This document shows, in pieces, positions 43,811 through 53,973 of a stretch of 64,000 nucleotides of DNA; the first letter of the stretch is position 1; each line of letters begins with the position of its first letter. Under the pieces are notes generated by a model that saw only the letters and a list, made by a program, of their open reading frames with translations, was not told where the DNA came from and searched no databases. The translations under genes were made by a program, and so were the position numbers. Source of the DNA: an uncultured Spartobacteria bacterium (GTDB lineage Bacteria; Verrucomicrobiota; Verrucomicrobiia; Chthoniobacterales; Chthoniobacteraceae); the NCBI GenBank assembly GCA_903901425.1, contig CAIURC010000078.1, positions 29,828 through 93,827 of the forward strand. The letters are read 5' to 3'.

Positions 43811-43900
43811 TGGCGGATGGGGGGGGATTCGAACCCCCGGTGCCGATTAAAGCACACACGCTTTCCAGGCGAGCACAATAGACCACTCTGTCACCCATCC
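43811..43900 (-). tRNA. tRNA-Ser (anticodon GGA), class II with long variable arm, encoded CCA
   Basis: Reverse complement GGATGGG-TG-ACAG..TTGT-G-CTCGC-CTGGAAA-GCGTG-(GTGC..GCAC variable arm)-GGGGG-TTCGAAT-CCCCC-CCCATCC-G-CCA. Folded by hand; one U-U mismatch in the anticodon stem. Confidence 0.85.
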
Positions 43901-43985
43901 ATCTCAGACTGTCGCCCCTTTTTTTTGGCGAAGAGCCGACTATCTTGAAGCAAAATTTCCCGGCATCAAGCCGGATGTTTCAGGT

Positions 43986-45668
43986 TCAGCGTTGTGCGGG
44001 GCCTGCGGTGGAGGCGGTTGGAGTCCCGGGGGCGCAGGCGTTGCAGCCGGCTTTGCCGATCTGAGCGAAGAAATCGTTGCCCTTGTCGTCCACGAGGATG
44101 AACGCGGGGAAGTTTTCCACCTCGATCTCCCAGACGGCTTCCATGCCCAGCTCCGGGTACTCCAGTACGGACACTTTCCGGATGTTTTCCTGGGCGAGAA
44201 TCGCTGCGGGCCCGCCGATGGAGCCGAGGTAAAAGCCGCCGTACTTTTTGCAGGCCTCGGTGACCTGCGGACTGCGGTTGCCCTTTGCGATCATGACCAT
44301 CGAACCGCCCTGACTCTGGAACAGGTCGACATAGCTGTCCATCCGGCCTGCCGTGGTCGGGCCAAAGGAGCCGGAGGCCATCCCGTGCGGGGTTTTGGCG
44401 GGGCCGGCGTAGTAGACGGGATGTTGTTTGAAATAATCCGGGAGCCCTTGGCCGGCGTCGACGCGTTCCTTGAGTTTGGCATGGGCGATGTCGCGCGCGA
44501 CCACGATCCGGCCGGTGAGAGAAAGTCGGGTGGCCACGGGGTACTGGCTCAACTGGGCCCGGATCTGGTCCATGGGGCGGTTCAGGTCCACATGGACCAC
44601 GCTGCCTTCCTGAGCGTTCCGGTAGCGTTCCGGGATGAACCGGCCCGGGTTGGGCTCAAGTTTTTCCAGCCAGACACCCTCGGCGTTGATCTTCGCCTTG
44701 ATGTTGCGGTCAGCGGAACAGGAGACGCCCATCCCCACGGGACAGGAGGCGCCATGGCGCGGGAGCCGGATAATGCGGAGATCCAGTGCGAAGTATTTGC
44801 CGCCGAACTGGGCGCCAATCCCGAGTTCCTGAGCCGCCTGAAGCAGTTCGGCCTCAAGGGCAGTGTCCCGGAACGCCTGTCCGAGCGCGTTCCCGGTGGT
44901 GGGCAGTTGGTCCAGTTCCTTGGCAGAGGCGAGCTTGACGGTTTTCAGGCAGGCTTCCGCCGAGGTGCCGCCGATCACAAAGGCGATGTGGTACGGAGGA
45001 CAGGCTGCGGTGCCGAGGCTGCGCATTTTTTCCGTCAGGAATGCCTTGAGGTTCTTGGGGTTCAACAGGGCCTTGGTTTCCTGGAAAAGGAAGGTTTTGT
45101 TGGCGGACCCGCCGCCCTTCGCCACGAAGAGGAACTTGTACTCGGCGCCGGGCGTGGCAAAGAGGTCGATCTGGGCGGGCAGGTTCGTGCCGGTGTTTTT
45201 CTCCTCGTACATGTCGAGGGCGGCTGTCTGGGAGTACCGGAGGTTTTCCGAGGTGTAGCAGTTGTAGACCCCGAGGGAGATGGCCTCGGCGTCGTCCGTG
45301 CCGGTCCAGATTTGCTGGCCCTTTTTGCCGATGACGGTGGCGGTGCCGGTGTCCTGGCAGAACGGGAGAATGCCCCGGGAGGAAACCTCGGCGTTTCGGA
45401 GGAGGGTGAGGGCGACGTAGCGGTCATTGTCGCTGGCGGCGGGATCGTCCAGAATGGCGGCCACTTGGGCCAGGTGCGCGGGCCGGAGAAGGAAGGAGCA
45501 GTCATGGAATGCTGCTTGGGTGAGGGCCGTGAGCACTTCCGGGGCGACTTTGAGCACGGGTTTGCCCTCAAACTCGGCCTGCTGCAGGCCGGCATCGCAG
45601 CCGGGCAGCCGGCGGTATTCGGTGGGGTCGGGTCCGAGCGGGAAAGGGTTCTGGTAGACGAATGCCAT
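43986..45668 (-). CDS. class I (Fe-S) fumarate hydratase, fused alpha/beta type
   Basis: '[12 protein letters not shown]', '[11 protein letters not shown]', '[11 protein letters not shown]', '[16 protein letters not shown]', 'YYAGPAKTP'. Confidence 0.85.
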   Translation of the reverse strand: MAFVYQNPFPLGPDPTEYRRLPGCDAGLQQAEFEGKPVLKVAPEVLTALTQAAFHDCSFLLRPAHLAQVAAILDDPAASDNDRYVALTLLRNAEVSSRGILPFCQDTGTATVIGKKGQQIWTGTDDAEAISLGVYNCYTSENLRYSQTAALDMYEEKNTGTNLPAQIDLFATPGAEYKFLFVAKGGGSANKTFLFQETKALLNPKNLKAFLTEKMRSLGTAACPPYHIAFVIGGTSAEACLKTVKLASAKELDQLPTTGNALGQAFRDTALEAELLQAAQELGIGAQFGGKYFALDLRIIRLPRHGASCPVGMGVSCSADRNIKAKINAEGVWLEKLEPNPGRFIPERYRNAQEGSVVHVDLNRPMDQIRAQLSQYPVATRLSLTGRIVVARDIAHAKLKERVDAGQGLPDYFKQHPVYYAGPAKTPHGMASGSFGPTTAGRMDSYVDLFQSQGGSMVMIAKGNRSPQVTEACKKYGGFYLGSIGGPAAILAQENIRKVSVLEYPELGMEAVWEIEVENFPAFILVDDKGNDFFAQIGKAGCNACAPGTPTASTAGPAQR

Positions 45669-45809
45669 GGGCGGGAGGCTAGCGGAGCCGGGGTGGGGTC
45701 ACAACCGGGTTTTCGGTGCCGCCGCCAGACAGCCGGTCCCCCAAAAACGCGGGCCTAAGAAAACTGGCTTCACCGGGTTACGCTGAATTGGCGGAACCGA
45801 GTTGTGAAC

Positions 45810-48800
45810 ATGAAACCTGAGACTGAGTGGGAACTGTCCCTGCAAAAGCCCCGTGGGTTTTTGGTGGGCTCATGGCGGGGTGCGGCTTTGCTGGCGGCGG
45901 GCGTTTTGCTGGGTGCGGGGGCGGTCCGCGGGGACGGACCGGCCTGGGGGGACGCCCGGGCGGTCTTGGAAAAACACTGTTACGAGTGTCATGGGGGGAA
46001 GAAAACCAAGGGCGGGGTGGATCTGAAGCGCTTGGACGCCGATCCGAAGGTGGGGAGCGAGTTTGACCTGTGGAACAAGGTTTTGGAGGCGGTGAAATCG
46101 GGGGACATGCCCCCCGATGACCAGCCTCCGCTGCCGGCCGCGGACCGGCAGCGGTCTTTGGACTGGCTGGGCGGGGCCATCGAACAGGCAGTGCGCGCCA
46201 ATGCCGGGGATCCCGGCTTGGTCACGGTGCGCCGGATCACCAACGCCGAATACGATAGGACCCTGCGCGATTTGACGGGTGTGGACCTGCAGTTGTCCCG
46301 GGATTTTGTCCCGGATGGCGGTGGGGGCGAGGGATTCTCGAACGTGGGCGACGTGCTGTTTGTGAGTCCGCAGCAGCTCGACAAATATTTTCTCGCAGCC
46401 CGGAAAGCGGCGGACCACGCCACGATCCTGCCCGGATCCGGGATCGGATTCCGCCGGGAGCGCGTGGGGTTGCGCGGGCCGGTGCAGATGAAGGCGCAGG
46501 TGGAGCAGGGGCTTTACGTCTGGTACCAGAAGATGGCCGCCCCGTTCCTGCCCAAGGACGGCGAAGACCAGCGGGAAGCGGATTACATGCTGGCCTGCTG
46601 GAAGTTCAAACACCGGGACGTGACCGGAGCGGAGTCCTTGAAACAACTGGCAGACGCAGCGGGCTTGGTGCCGGCTTTTTTGGAAAACTGGTGGGAACTG
46701 CTGCAAAATCCGGAGCCGAAGTCCCGGTTTCTAGATTTGACCCGGGTGGCATGGCGCGAACTGCCCGGACCCGCGGCGGACAAATCGGTTCCGCCGGAGG
46801 TGATAGACAGGATCGGGAAGATCCAGGCGGACCAGCGGTCCTGGCTGGGGCCTGCCGACAATCCCGGGACGGGCGTCCAGAGGCGGCAGCAGGACGCGGA
46901 CGGGTTGCGGGAGTATCCGATCCATCTGGCGGTGACCGGGTTGCCCGAGGTGCATCTGGTGGCTGGAGACTGCGGGGACGGCAATGCGGGTGACTGGGTG
47001 GAATTTTCGGGTCTGGAGGTCCAGCACGGCAAGGGGGGCAAAGTCCGGCAGCCCTATGTGGACTGGCTGCGCGGACAGCTCGACCGGGACCGGGCATGGC
47101 TGGCTTTTGATCAGGATGCGGAACGGCAGGGGCCGCGTCCGCGTCTGGAGGGCGTCCGGGAACGGGTTTCTGTAGGGGAAGCATTTTTGGCGCGGTTGGG
47201 GAAACACGCACTGGGTCTGGAGGCGAAGCCAGTCAGCGTTTATGTGCAGGCACCGACGGATCTGGTGTTGCCGCTACCGGCCGATGCCGCGCTGTTCCGA
47301 GCCGTGGGCCGGCTCGACCTGCGGGTGCCGGACGTGGAAAAGGCAACGGCTCAATGGACGCTCCTGAAGGGGCCGGTGCCAGACCTGACCCGGATTCTGC
47401 CCGGGGTTTTGACGGTCTGGAAAACCCAGACGGAGGCCGCCCGAAAAACGATGCAGGATTTCGGGGCGATGCGGACCGTGTTTCCCGACGAGTACGTGCG
47501 GCGGTTGGAAGAGGTCGCGCGAAACTTTCACCGGGGCGGGAAAGGCCGCGGCGTGTATTACCTGAATGACACGCAGCTGCTGGGAATGGTGCCGGAACCG
47601 GAGAAAGCCCGGTGGGAGAAAATGATTGCGGACTGGCGGCTGGTGGCGCCCGGGAAACTCAATCCGAAACAGGAAACGGACTGGGATGCGGCTTTGAAAC
47701 GGCACATGGGGGAATTTGCGGCGCTGGCATGGCGGCGCCCGCTGGCTGCCGATGAGCAGGCACAGCTGGAGGGATTGTATGCGGCGGCACGTGCCCGGGA
47801 ATTGGACCGGGAAAGTGCGGTGCGCGAGGTGTTGGTCCGGGTGCTGGTGGCGCCCCAGTTTTTGTTCAAGCTGGAGGACGCCTCGCAGCCTGGGGAACGG
47901 CCGCTGGACGCCTGGGAACTCGCCTCCCGCCTGAGTTACACCCTCTGGGCGTCGATGCCGGACCCGGCCTTGCGCGCAGCGGCGGCGGACGGCAGCCTGC
48001 TCCGGCCGGAAGTGCTGGAGCGGGAGACCCGCCGGATGTTGAAGGACGCCCGTGCTGCTGCGTTGGCGGAAGAGTTTGCAGGGCAGTGGCTGCGGTTCAA
48101 CGCGTTTGAATCGAAGGTGAACATTGATCCGGCAAAGTTTCCGGAGTTCACTCCGGACCTGCGTGCAGACATGTACCGGGAAGCGGTGGAGTTTTTCACG
48201 CATCTGATCCGGGAAGATCGGCCGGTGCGGGAGATCTGCGGGGCAGACTACACGTTTTTGAATGAGCGCCTTGCCGGATTTTATGGGGTGCCTGAGGTGA
48301 AGGGGGGCGAGTTCCGAAAGGTGTCGGTGGCAGGGAACGGCCGGGGCGGCGTGCTCGGGATGGGAGCGCTCCTTTCCAAGCACTCGTATCCGCACCGGAC
48401 CAGCCCGGTGCTGCGCGGGAACTGGCTGCTGGACGCCGTGCTCGGCGCGCCGACGCCGCCTCCGCCCAACGATGTGCCGAAGCTGGATGAGGGTGCAGAA
48501 AAGCCGGCTTCGTTGCGGGCGCGGTTGGAAATGCACCGGGCGGACCGTGCCTGTGCGGTGTGCCATGACCGGATGGATCCGCTGGGGTTTGCGCTGGAGG
48601 GATTCGATCCCGTGGGCCGGCTCAGGAAGGCGGACGATTCCGGGCATCCGGTGGACGACCGGGCCCAGTGGAAGAACGGGCCTGCCTTCCAGGGTGTAGC
48701 GGGGTTGCGTCAGTTTCTCGGGAGCCGGCAGGGGGAGTTGGACCGGCAGTTCTGCCGGAAACTGCTGGGGTACGCTCTGGGCCGCACGCTGTTGGCGACC

Positions 48801-48926
48801 GACCGCCCGTTGGTGGAGGAAATGGTGCGTGAATTGAACGCGCACGAAGGCCGTTTTTCTGCTGGAATCCTAGCGGTGGTGAAGAGCCGCCAGTTTAAGA
48901 ACCGTCGAACCGAGGCATTGCCATGA
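45810..48926 (+). CDS. DUF1592/DUF1588/DUF1585-type planctomycete-cytochrome-c family protein
   Basis: 'CYECHGGKKTKGGVDLKRL...SGDMPP' (PSCyt-like CxxCH) and a second 'CAVCHDRMDPLGF' near the C-terminus. ATG at 45810 (the track GTG is at 45804). Confidence 0.75.
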   Translation: MKPETEWELSLQKPRGFLVGSWRGAALLAAGVLLGAGAVRGDGPAWGDARAVLEKHCYECHGGKKTKGGVDLKRLDADPKVGSEFDLWNKVLEAVKSGDMPPDDQPPLPAADRQRSLDWLGGAIEQAVRANAGDPGLVTVRRITNAEYDRTLRDLTGVDLQLSRDFVPDGGGGEGFSNVGDVLFVSPQQLDKYFLAARKAADHATILPGSGIGFRRERVGLRGPVQMKAQVEQGLYVWYQKMAAPFLPKDGEDQREADYMLACWKFKHRDVTGAESLKQLADAAGLVPAFLENWWELLQNPEPKSRFLDLTRVAWRELPGPAADKSVPPEVIDRIGKIQADQRSWLGPADNPGTGVQRRQQDADGLREYPIHLAVTGLPEVHLVAGDCGDGNAGDWVEFSGLEVQHGKGGKVRQPYVDWLRGQLDRDRAWLAFDQDAERQGPRPRLEGVRERVSVGEAFLARLGKHALGLEAKPVSVYVQAPTDLVLPLPADAALFRAVGRLDLRVPDVEKATAQWTLLKGPVPDLTRILPGVLTVWKTQTEAARKTMQDFGAMRTVFPDEYVRRLEEVARNFHRGGKGRGVYYLNDTQLLGMVPEPEKARWEKMIADWRLVAPGKLNPKQETDWDAALKRHMGEFAALAWRRPLAADEQAQLEGLYAAARARELDRESAVREVLVRVLVAPQFLFKLEDASQPGERPLDAWELASRLSYTLWASMPDPALRAAAADGSLLRPEVLERETRRMLKDARAAALAEEFAGQWLRFNAFESKVNIDPAKFPEFTPDLRADMYREAVEFFTHLIREDRPVREICGADYTFLNERLAGFYGVPEVKGGEFRKVSVAGNGRGGVLGMGALLSKHSYPHRTSPVLRGNWLLDAVLGAPTPPPPNDVPKLDEGAEKPASLRARLEMHRADRACAVCHDRMDPLGFALEGFDPVGRLRKADDSGHPVDDRAQWKNGPAFQGVAGLRQFLGSRQGELDRQFCRKLLGYALGRTLLATDRPLVEEMVRELNAHEGRFSAGILAVVKSRQFKNRRTEALP

Positions 48927-50275
48927 AAAACCTGCATCCGAACACCACGATTTCGAGGCGCCGTTTTCTGCGCGGCATGGGGGTGGCGTTGAGCCTGCCT
49001 TGGTTGGAGAGCGTCAACGCATGGGGGGCGGCGCCGGGTTCGGGCGGGGCCAGCGGCGCGCCGCGGCGGTTGGCAGCGGTGTTCATGGGGAACGGCGTGA
49101 ACCCGCACCATTGGGGCGCCGTGAACGGGCCGGGCGGCCTGGAACTGATGAAGAGTCTTTCGCCCTTGGAGAGCCTGAAAGACCGGCTGCTGGTGTTCAA
49201 AGGGCTTTGGAATCCGACGACCGTCATGGGGCCGGGCGGGCATTACCCGAAGATGAATGTGCTCTCCGGACTGAAAGTGAAACAGACGACCACCGACGTG
49301 GAGGTCGGCGTCACTGTGGACCAGTTGGTTGCCCGCGAGGTTGGCCGCCACACCCCGGTTTCGAGCATCGTCCTCGGTACCGAAGGCCCCGGGTACAGCA
49401 CGGACAGCGGATACACGTCGATCTATTCCGCCTACATCTCCTGGGCGTCCCCCACCACACCCGCTCCGAAAGAAATCTATCCACAACAGGCGTTCGACCA
49501 GTTGTTCGATGACGGCTCCCAGCGGAAACGGGACAAGAGCGTTTTGGACTTGGTGTTGGAAGACGCCAATTCCCTGAAGCGGAAGGTCAGCGGACGCGAT
49601 GCGCGCAAACTGGACGAGTATTTCACTTCGGTCCGGGAATTGGAGCAGCGGATTGAAAAAGCGGAACAGTTCAGCCAGCAGAACACGGGGGGGGCCGGCT
49701 GGCAGCCGAGTGTCCAGAAGCCGGGCTTTGCGCGGCCTGCAGCGGGAATCCCGGCCACGCCACAGGACCATGTCCGGCTGATGTTCGACATTCTGGTGCT
49801 GGCGTTCCAGATGGACCGGACCCGGGTCGCGACCTACATGATGAACAACGACCTTTCCAACATGAACTTCGGGTTCCTGGAGGGGATCAAAAGCGGGATC
49901 CATGAGCTCTCGCATCACGCGAATGACCCGGGCCGGCTCGATCACTACCAGCGGGTGAACCAGCATCACATGCAGCTCTGGGCTGAGGCCCTCCAGAAGA
50001 TGGCCGACACCAACGAGGGCGAACGGTCTCTCCTCGACAACAGCATGATCCTCTTCTGTTCCAGCCTCTGGGACGGCAACGCCCATGATTCGCGCCAGTT
50101 GCCCGTGCTCCTCGCCGGTGGTGGCGGTGGGACGATTCGCGGCGGCCGGCTTCTGGACTACAGCGCGACCGAGGACCGGCGTCTGTGCCGGTTGCACCTT
50201 GCGTTGATGGAACGGATGGGGGTGCGTACCGACCGGTTCGGAGACGCCGATTCCGCCCTGCCGGACCTCGGTTGA
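48923..50275 (+). CDS. DUF1552 domain protein with twin-arginine signal
   Basis: 'SRRRFLRGMGVALSLPWLES'. ATGA overlap with the DUF1592 gene, its canonical partner. Confidence 0.75.
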   Translation: MKNLHPNTTISRRRFLRGMGVALSLPWLESVNAWGAAPGSGGASGAPRRLAAVFMGNGVNPHHWGAVNGPGGLELMKSLSPLESLKDRLLVFKGLWNPTTVMGPGGHYPKMNVLSGLKVKQTTTDVEVGVTVDQLVAREVGRHTPVSSIVLGTEGPGYSTDSGYTSIYSAYISWASPTTPAPKEIYPQQAFDQLFDDGSQRKRDKSVLDLVLEDANSLKRKVSGRDARKLDEYFTSVRELEQRIEKAEQFSQQNTGGAGWQPSVQKPGFARPAAGIPATPQDHVRLMFDILVLAFQMDRTRVATYMMNNDLSNMNFGFLEGIKSGIHELSHHANDPGRLDHYQRVNQHHMQLWAEALQKMADTNEGERSLLDNSMILFCSSLWDGNAHDSRQLPVLLAGGGGGTIRGGRLLDYSATEDRRLCRLHLALMERMGVRTDRFGDADSALPDLG

Positions 50276-50287
50276 GCCCACGGGCCA

Positions 50288-51991
50288 ATGCCCCTCTGGA
50301 TTTACAACCGGCCGCCCTCCGAGACCCCGACCAGTGAGCGGGACACCGCCGCGCATTGGCAACGTTTGCCAGCGGGGTTCAGAATCCGCTGGGGGTACAG
50401 TTTTCAGGATGGTGCTACTTGGCGGGAGGGAGACTTTGTGATTCAGGGCCCGGAAGGGCATCTGCTGGTCGTGGAGGCGAAGTCGGGCGCCCCGGAGCCG
50501 GACCCTGCCACTGGGGAATGGAATACGGAGGACGGGTCGAACCCGGTGCTGCAACTGGAGAAGCAGTGGAGCGGCGTGGTGCGGATGGTTCGTGAGGAAG
50601 CATACCAGATGGGCATCCGCGCACCATGGGTCGCGCAGGCGCTGGCCTTGCCCCACGTGGAAATGGACGCCGACCAGTTCGGGTTCGCTGGCGGATCCCG
50701 GCACCGAATCCTTGCAGGGACGGATCTGAAGTATTTTAAGGACTGGTGGGCCAGCCTCATGGACGGGAGACGGCTGGGATCCACTCTCGGAGAGGCGCAG
50801 AGCCTGTTCGACCGGCTTTTTGTGAAGGGCAAGCCGGCCGGCTCAAACACATGGACGCTGGACTTCGCTGACCGCCTGATCGAACGCCAGACGCGGACGC
50901 AGTTTGAAGTGCTCGACGCCCTTGAGTTTCACAGCCAGTTCCTGTTCCGGGGCGGGCCGGGCACCGGGAAGACTTGGGTTGCGCTGGAACTGGCCAGACG
51001 CTGGACGGCTGCCGGGCGACGCGTCCTGTTTCTGTGTTACAATCTGGAGCTCGAACGCTGGTTGCGGACGGTATGCGGTCGGCTTGCCCCTGGCGTTGCC
51101 GTCTACAGTTTCGAGTCGCTGGGGACCGAGTTTCTGGGCTGCAGCGCACCCCCGGCCGATCCAGCCGCGCGCCGCGCGTACTACGACGCGGTGCTTCCCC
51201 AGTGCATGGTCCAGCGGGTGCAGGCAGACGACTTCCAGCCCAGTTTTGATGCATGGATCGTGGACGAGGCTCAGGATCATGACACCGCCCCTGATCCTTC
51301 GGATGCGGGGCCTGGTTGGTGGGGCATTTACACGGGTCTAGTCCGGGGCGGCTGGGAGGCGCCCATCGCGGTGTTCGCCGATGGACGCCAGCGGCTGGCG
51401 CGTCGCCAGGGCGCGTATGACGAGAGCCGTCTTCTGGAACGGTTGCCCGGCATCGTGCAGGTCGTTCTGAAGCGGCCGCTCCGGTACACCCGTCAGTTAG
51501 CGGAGTTTTTTGCAGGCATGTCTGGCTGGCTCTGGCCCGAGATGGCCGCATGGAACGCTGGATCCGGCCTGCCGGAAGGGCCCGAACCGGAATTGCTCGA
51601 GGCCCGTTCGGATGCGGAGGAAGCCGCCCGGGTGGCCGAGGTTCTGGAAAGATGGTTCCGGCTCAAGCTGGTGGTTCCTGCGGATGTGCTGTTGCTGTAT
51701 CCGAGCAGTTCGCGGATCCCACCATGGTTGGGCGCGGTGCCCGGCATCGTCTTTCACGCGGGAGCCGAGGGTTGCCCGCCGGAGGCGGTGGCTGCGGTGT
51801 CCGTCCACAAGGCAAAAGGCCTGGACAAGCGGGCCGTGGTTCTGGTCGGGCTGCCGCCCTGGGAAGCGCTGTGCTCGGATCCGTATCTGGCGCAGACCTA
51901 CGGCATCGGCGTGACGCGCGCACAGCAACTTCTCTGTGTGGTTTCGAGAAGCGATTTGGGCACCATCTCAAACGGGGTTTCACCTGCATAA
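50288..51991 (+). CDS. NERD (PD-(D/E)xK-like nuclease) domain fused to an SF1/UvrD-like P-loop ATPase
   Basis: 'GDFVIQGPEGHLLVVEAKSG', Walker A 'GGPGTGKT' (50951..50974), 'WIVDEAQD' (from 51261), 'VSVHKAKGLDKRAVVLVG', 'GVTRAQQLLCVV'. Confidence 0.7.
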   Translation: MPLWIYNRPPSETPTSERDTAAHWQRLPAGFRIRWGYSFQDGATWREGDFVIQGPEGHLLVVEAKSGAPEPDPATGEWNTEDGSNPVLQLEKQWSGVVRMVREEAYQMGIRAPWVAQALALPHVEMDADQFGFAGGSRHRILAGTDLKYFKDWWASLMDGRRLGSTLGEAQSLFDRLFVKGKPAGSNTWTLDFADRLIERQTRTQFEVLDALEFHSQFLFRGGPGTGKTWVALELARRWTAAGRRVLFLCYNLELERWLRTVCGRLAPGVAVYSFESLGTEFLGCSAPPADPAARRAYYDAVLPQCMVQRVQADDFQPSFDAWIVDEAQDHDTAPDPSDAGPGWWGIYTGLVRGGWEAPIAVFADGRQRLARRQGAYDESRLLERLPGIVQVVLKRPLRYTRQLAEFFAGMSGWLWPEMAAWNAGSGLPEGPEPELLEARSDAEEAARVAEVLERWFRLKLVVPADVLLLYPSSSRIPPWLGAVPGIVFHAGAEGCPPEAVAAVSVHKAKGLDKRAVVLVGLPPWEALCSDPYLAQTYGIGVTRAQQLLCVVSRSDLGTISNGVSPA

Positions 51992-52125
51992 ACGACACGC
52001 CTGAACGGGCGGAAAAACGCGCGCGATCGCAGCTGAGATCGAAGAAGTGCGGTGTGCCTTAAAACGTGGGCAAAGAGCGGCAGGGCGCTCGTGATTTCTG
52101 CCGTAACGGCGATCGCTAAACACGC

Positions 52126-53973
52126 CTATCCGCGGCCCCGGATTTTGTCGACGAGGAGCGAGGTGGGCTGGCTGCTGAGTCGTTTCCACATCTTGGAAAA
52201 ATCCTGTTCCGAGCCGACAAAAAGCTCCCCCAAGTTTGAGCTGAGTGCATTCGCGATTTCCTGTTGCCGCGCGGCCCGGATTTTGGACGAGCCTCTGGCT
52301 GCGCCGCCAAATCTGAGGATCACCACGTGGAGAGGCGGCGCGCCAACCAGATGGACGAGGGACTTCTGCCCGACCCGGGCTTCCACAATATCTCCATGGG
52401 ACTCGAGAAATGCGCTGGTCCATGCGATCTGGTCCGGGGTGAGTTCATGGGGAAGAAGCACGTCCTCTTTCCTCAGAGCATTCCTCTCCAGCTTTGCCGC
52501 GTCCAGTTCGTCTTCAAACGCAATGAGCCGGACGAGCGTTTTCTGGCTGGCCTCGCGGTTTCCTCTGCGGCTCTGGTAGCCAATCAGGCCGTTCAGGATC
52601 CCGCCCTGCAGATGCGGGAACGCGCGGATCACCGACTCGACGATCTCCTCCGCGTCCGGTTTGTCGCATTCACAGCACAGCGCTGCGTACCGGGCGTGAA
52701 GATCCCCCTCCTTGGGCTTGTCTGCCCGGCAGCGGTCCATCAGCGGGAGTGCCTCGGTTTCGCGCTCTAAATTCAGGAGCGCAATCGCCCGCAGTTGGGC
52801 GGACTCCAGAGTGCCGTCGTCCTGCATCGTGACTTGCAGGAGGGACATTTTGCGGTCCTCCCTCCGCTTCTTCCACGCATCGTTCCATGCCACCTTGGTT
52901 CGGAGCGCGAACTCCTTCGACAACGGTTCGAAGTGATCTCCGAGAAAATAGGCGGCAGCCGAAGCACCCGGGTCTGGCGGTGGCGCGGATGTCGCCAGTT
53001 CGATCTCAGTGGCACCAAACTGGAGTTCCGAGAGAGGCGGGTGGACCTCGAAAAGGTTGTCCGGTCGGTGCAACGCCTCGTGAATCCAGCCGCGGGCCTT
53101 GGCTGGATCCCAGCTCTCCCGCGCATGCAGGGCGCGGAGTTGGAAATAGTCGTCCGGGGGTTCAGCGCGTTCGTCGATGAGCGTCCCGCACCACCGGTCC
53201 GTGTCCTTGCCGAGGAGCGCATGGGCGAGAACGGTGACGCGGAGCCGGGACGGGACCGTGCCTGGGAAGAGCTGGTCGCAGGCGGCGTCCGCCTTGCGTT
53301 CGGCGCACCGTCCGTCGGCAAGGGTCCATGCGCGGAGGCGTGGCCAGAACCAACGGCCGAACCTGCGCCAAAGGAAGTTGTTGTTTTTGGAATTGTCAGC
53401 ATCGCCATGGACGCCGGCGAGCCATGCGGCGGTAAGGCGGTGGAGGAGGCGGCCCCAGAAGTCGTCCTGTGCTTTGAGATGGCCACATTCGTGGGCCAGA
53501 ACGCCGCGGAATTCGTCCGGAGTCATGGACAGCATCAACGGCAGACCCACGCGCAGCACGGGTGCACCTCCAAAAATCCCGGGCTTGGACAGAAACACAG
53601 CCGCATTCACGTCCTCGCTGATCTCAAACCGGGCCGGTGTGCGTCGGCAGCCGAGTTGGCGGCAGATCTTGGCTACTTCCTCAAAAAGCAGGGGTGCTTC
53701 CTTTTGGGTGAGCACGCGGCCAAGCATTTCCGGAGTGTTCGCCCGGAACGCGCGGAACAGGAACGGGCCGGACCAGACAAGCAGAACGATGCCGGGAACG
53801 ACTTTCCTAGAGAGGAGGCAGGCCAATCCCAAACCAAACACGCCGAGCACCAGCGGGAGATGGAGCGATGCCATGAACAGGCTCTGGAAACGGATCCGGC
53901 CCGGGGAGTGTTTTTCAAGAATCTCCCGGACCTTGTGGTAGGTCTTGGTGAGCGGTGTTTCGTGCGGCTTCAT
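52126..53973 (-). CDS. M48-family zinc metallopeptidase with membrane anchors and a long helical C-terminal region
   Basis: 'LAHECGHLK' (HExxH), two N-terminal TM spans. ATG at 53973 preferred over the track start at 54021. Confidence 0.7.
   Translation of the reverse strand: MKPHETPLTKTYHKVREILEKHSPGRIRFQSLFMASLHLPLVLGVFGLGLACLLSRKVVPGIVLLVWSGPFLFRAFRANTPEMLGRVLTQKEAPLLFEEVAKICRQLGCRRTPARFEISEDVNAAVFLSKPGIFGGAPVLRVGLPLMLSMTPDEFRGVLAHECGHLKAQDDFWGRLLHRLTAAWLAGVHGDADNSKNNNFLWRRFGRWFWPRLRAWTLADGRCAERKADAACDQLFPGTVPSRLRVTVLAHALLGKDTDRWCGTLIDERAEPPDDYFQLRALHARESWDPAKARGWIHEALHRPDNLFEVHPPLSELQFGATEIELATSAPPPDPGASAAAYFLGDHFEPLSKEFALRTKVAWNDAWKKRREDRKMSLLQVTMQDDGTLESAQLRAIALLNLERETEALPLMDRCRADKPKEGDLHARYAALCCECDKPDAEEIVESVIRAFPHLQGGILNGLIGYQSRRGNREASQKTLVRLIAFEDELDAAKLERNALRKEDVLLPHELTPDQIAWTSAFLESHGDIVEARVGQKSLVHLVGAPPLHVVILRFGGAARGSSKIRAARQQEIANALSSNLGELFVGSEQDFSKMWKRLSSQPTSLLVDKIRGRG

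Noticed and set aside
43908-43940. T8 run 'gtcgccccttttttttggcg' between fumarase and the tRNA, considered as a terminator
   Set aside because: The genes here are on the minus strand, where the run reads as A8. The plus-strand hairpin before it is weak.
43587-43985. tRNA-Ser flanks considered as an integration site for a mobile element
   Set aside because: There is no integrase, no direct repeat of the tRNA 3' end that I could find, and the flanking genes are ordinary chromosomal genes.
49477-49485. DnaA-box-like 'ctatccaca'
   Set aside because: A single imperfect copy inside a coding region, with no cluster, AT-rich unwinding element or dnaA/dnaN nearby.
48710-50704. 664-aa minus-strand ORF
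   Set aside because: Spans three plus-strand genes that have clear motifs (the DUF1592 C-terminus, the Tat-signal DUF1552 and the NERD domain). Low-complexity Arg/Pro/His composition.
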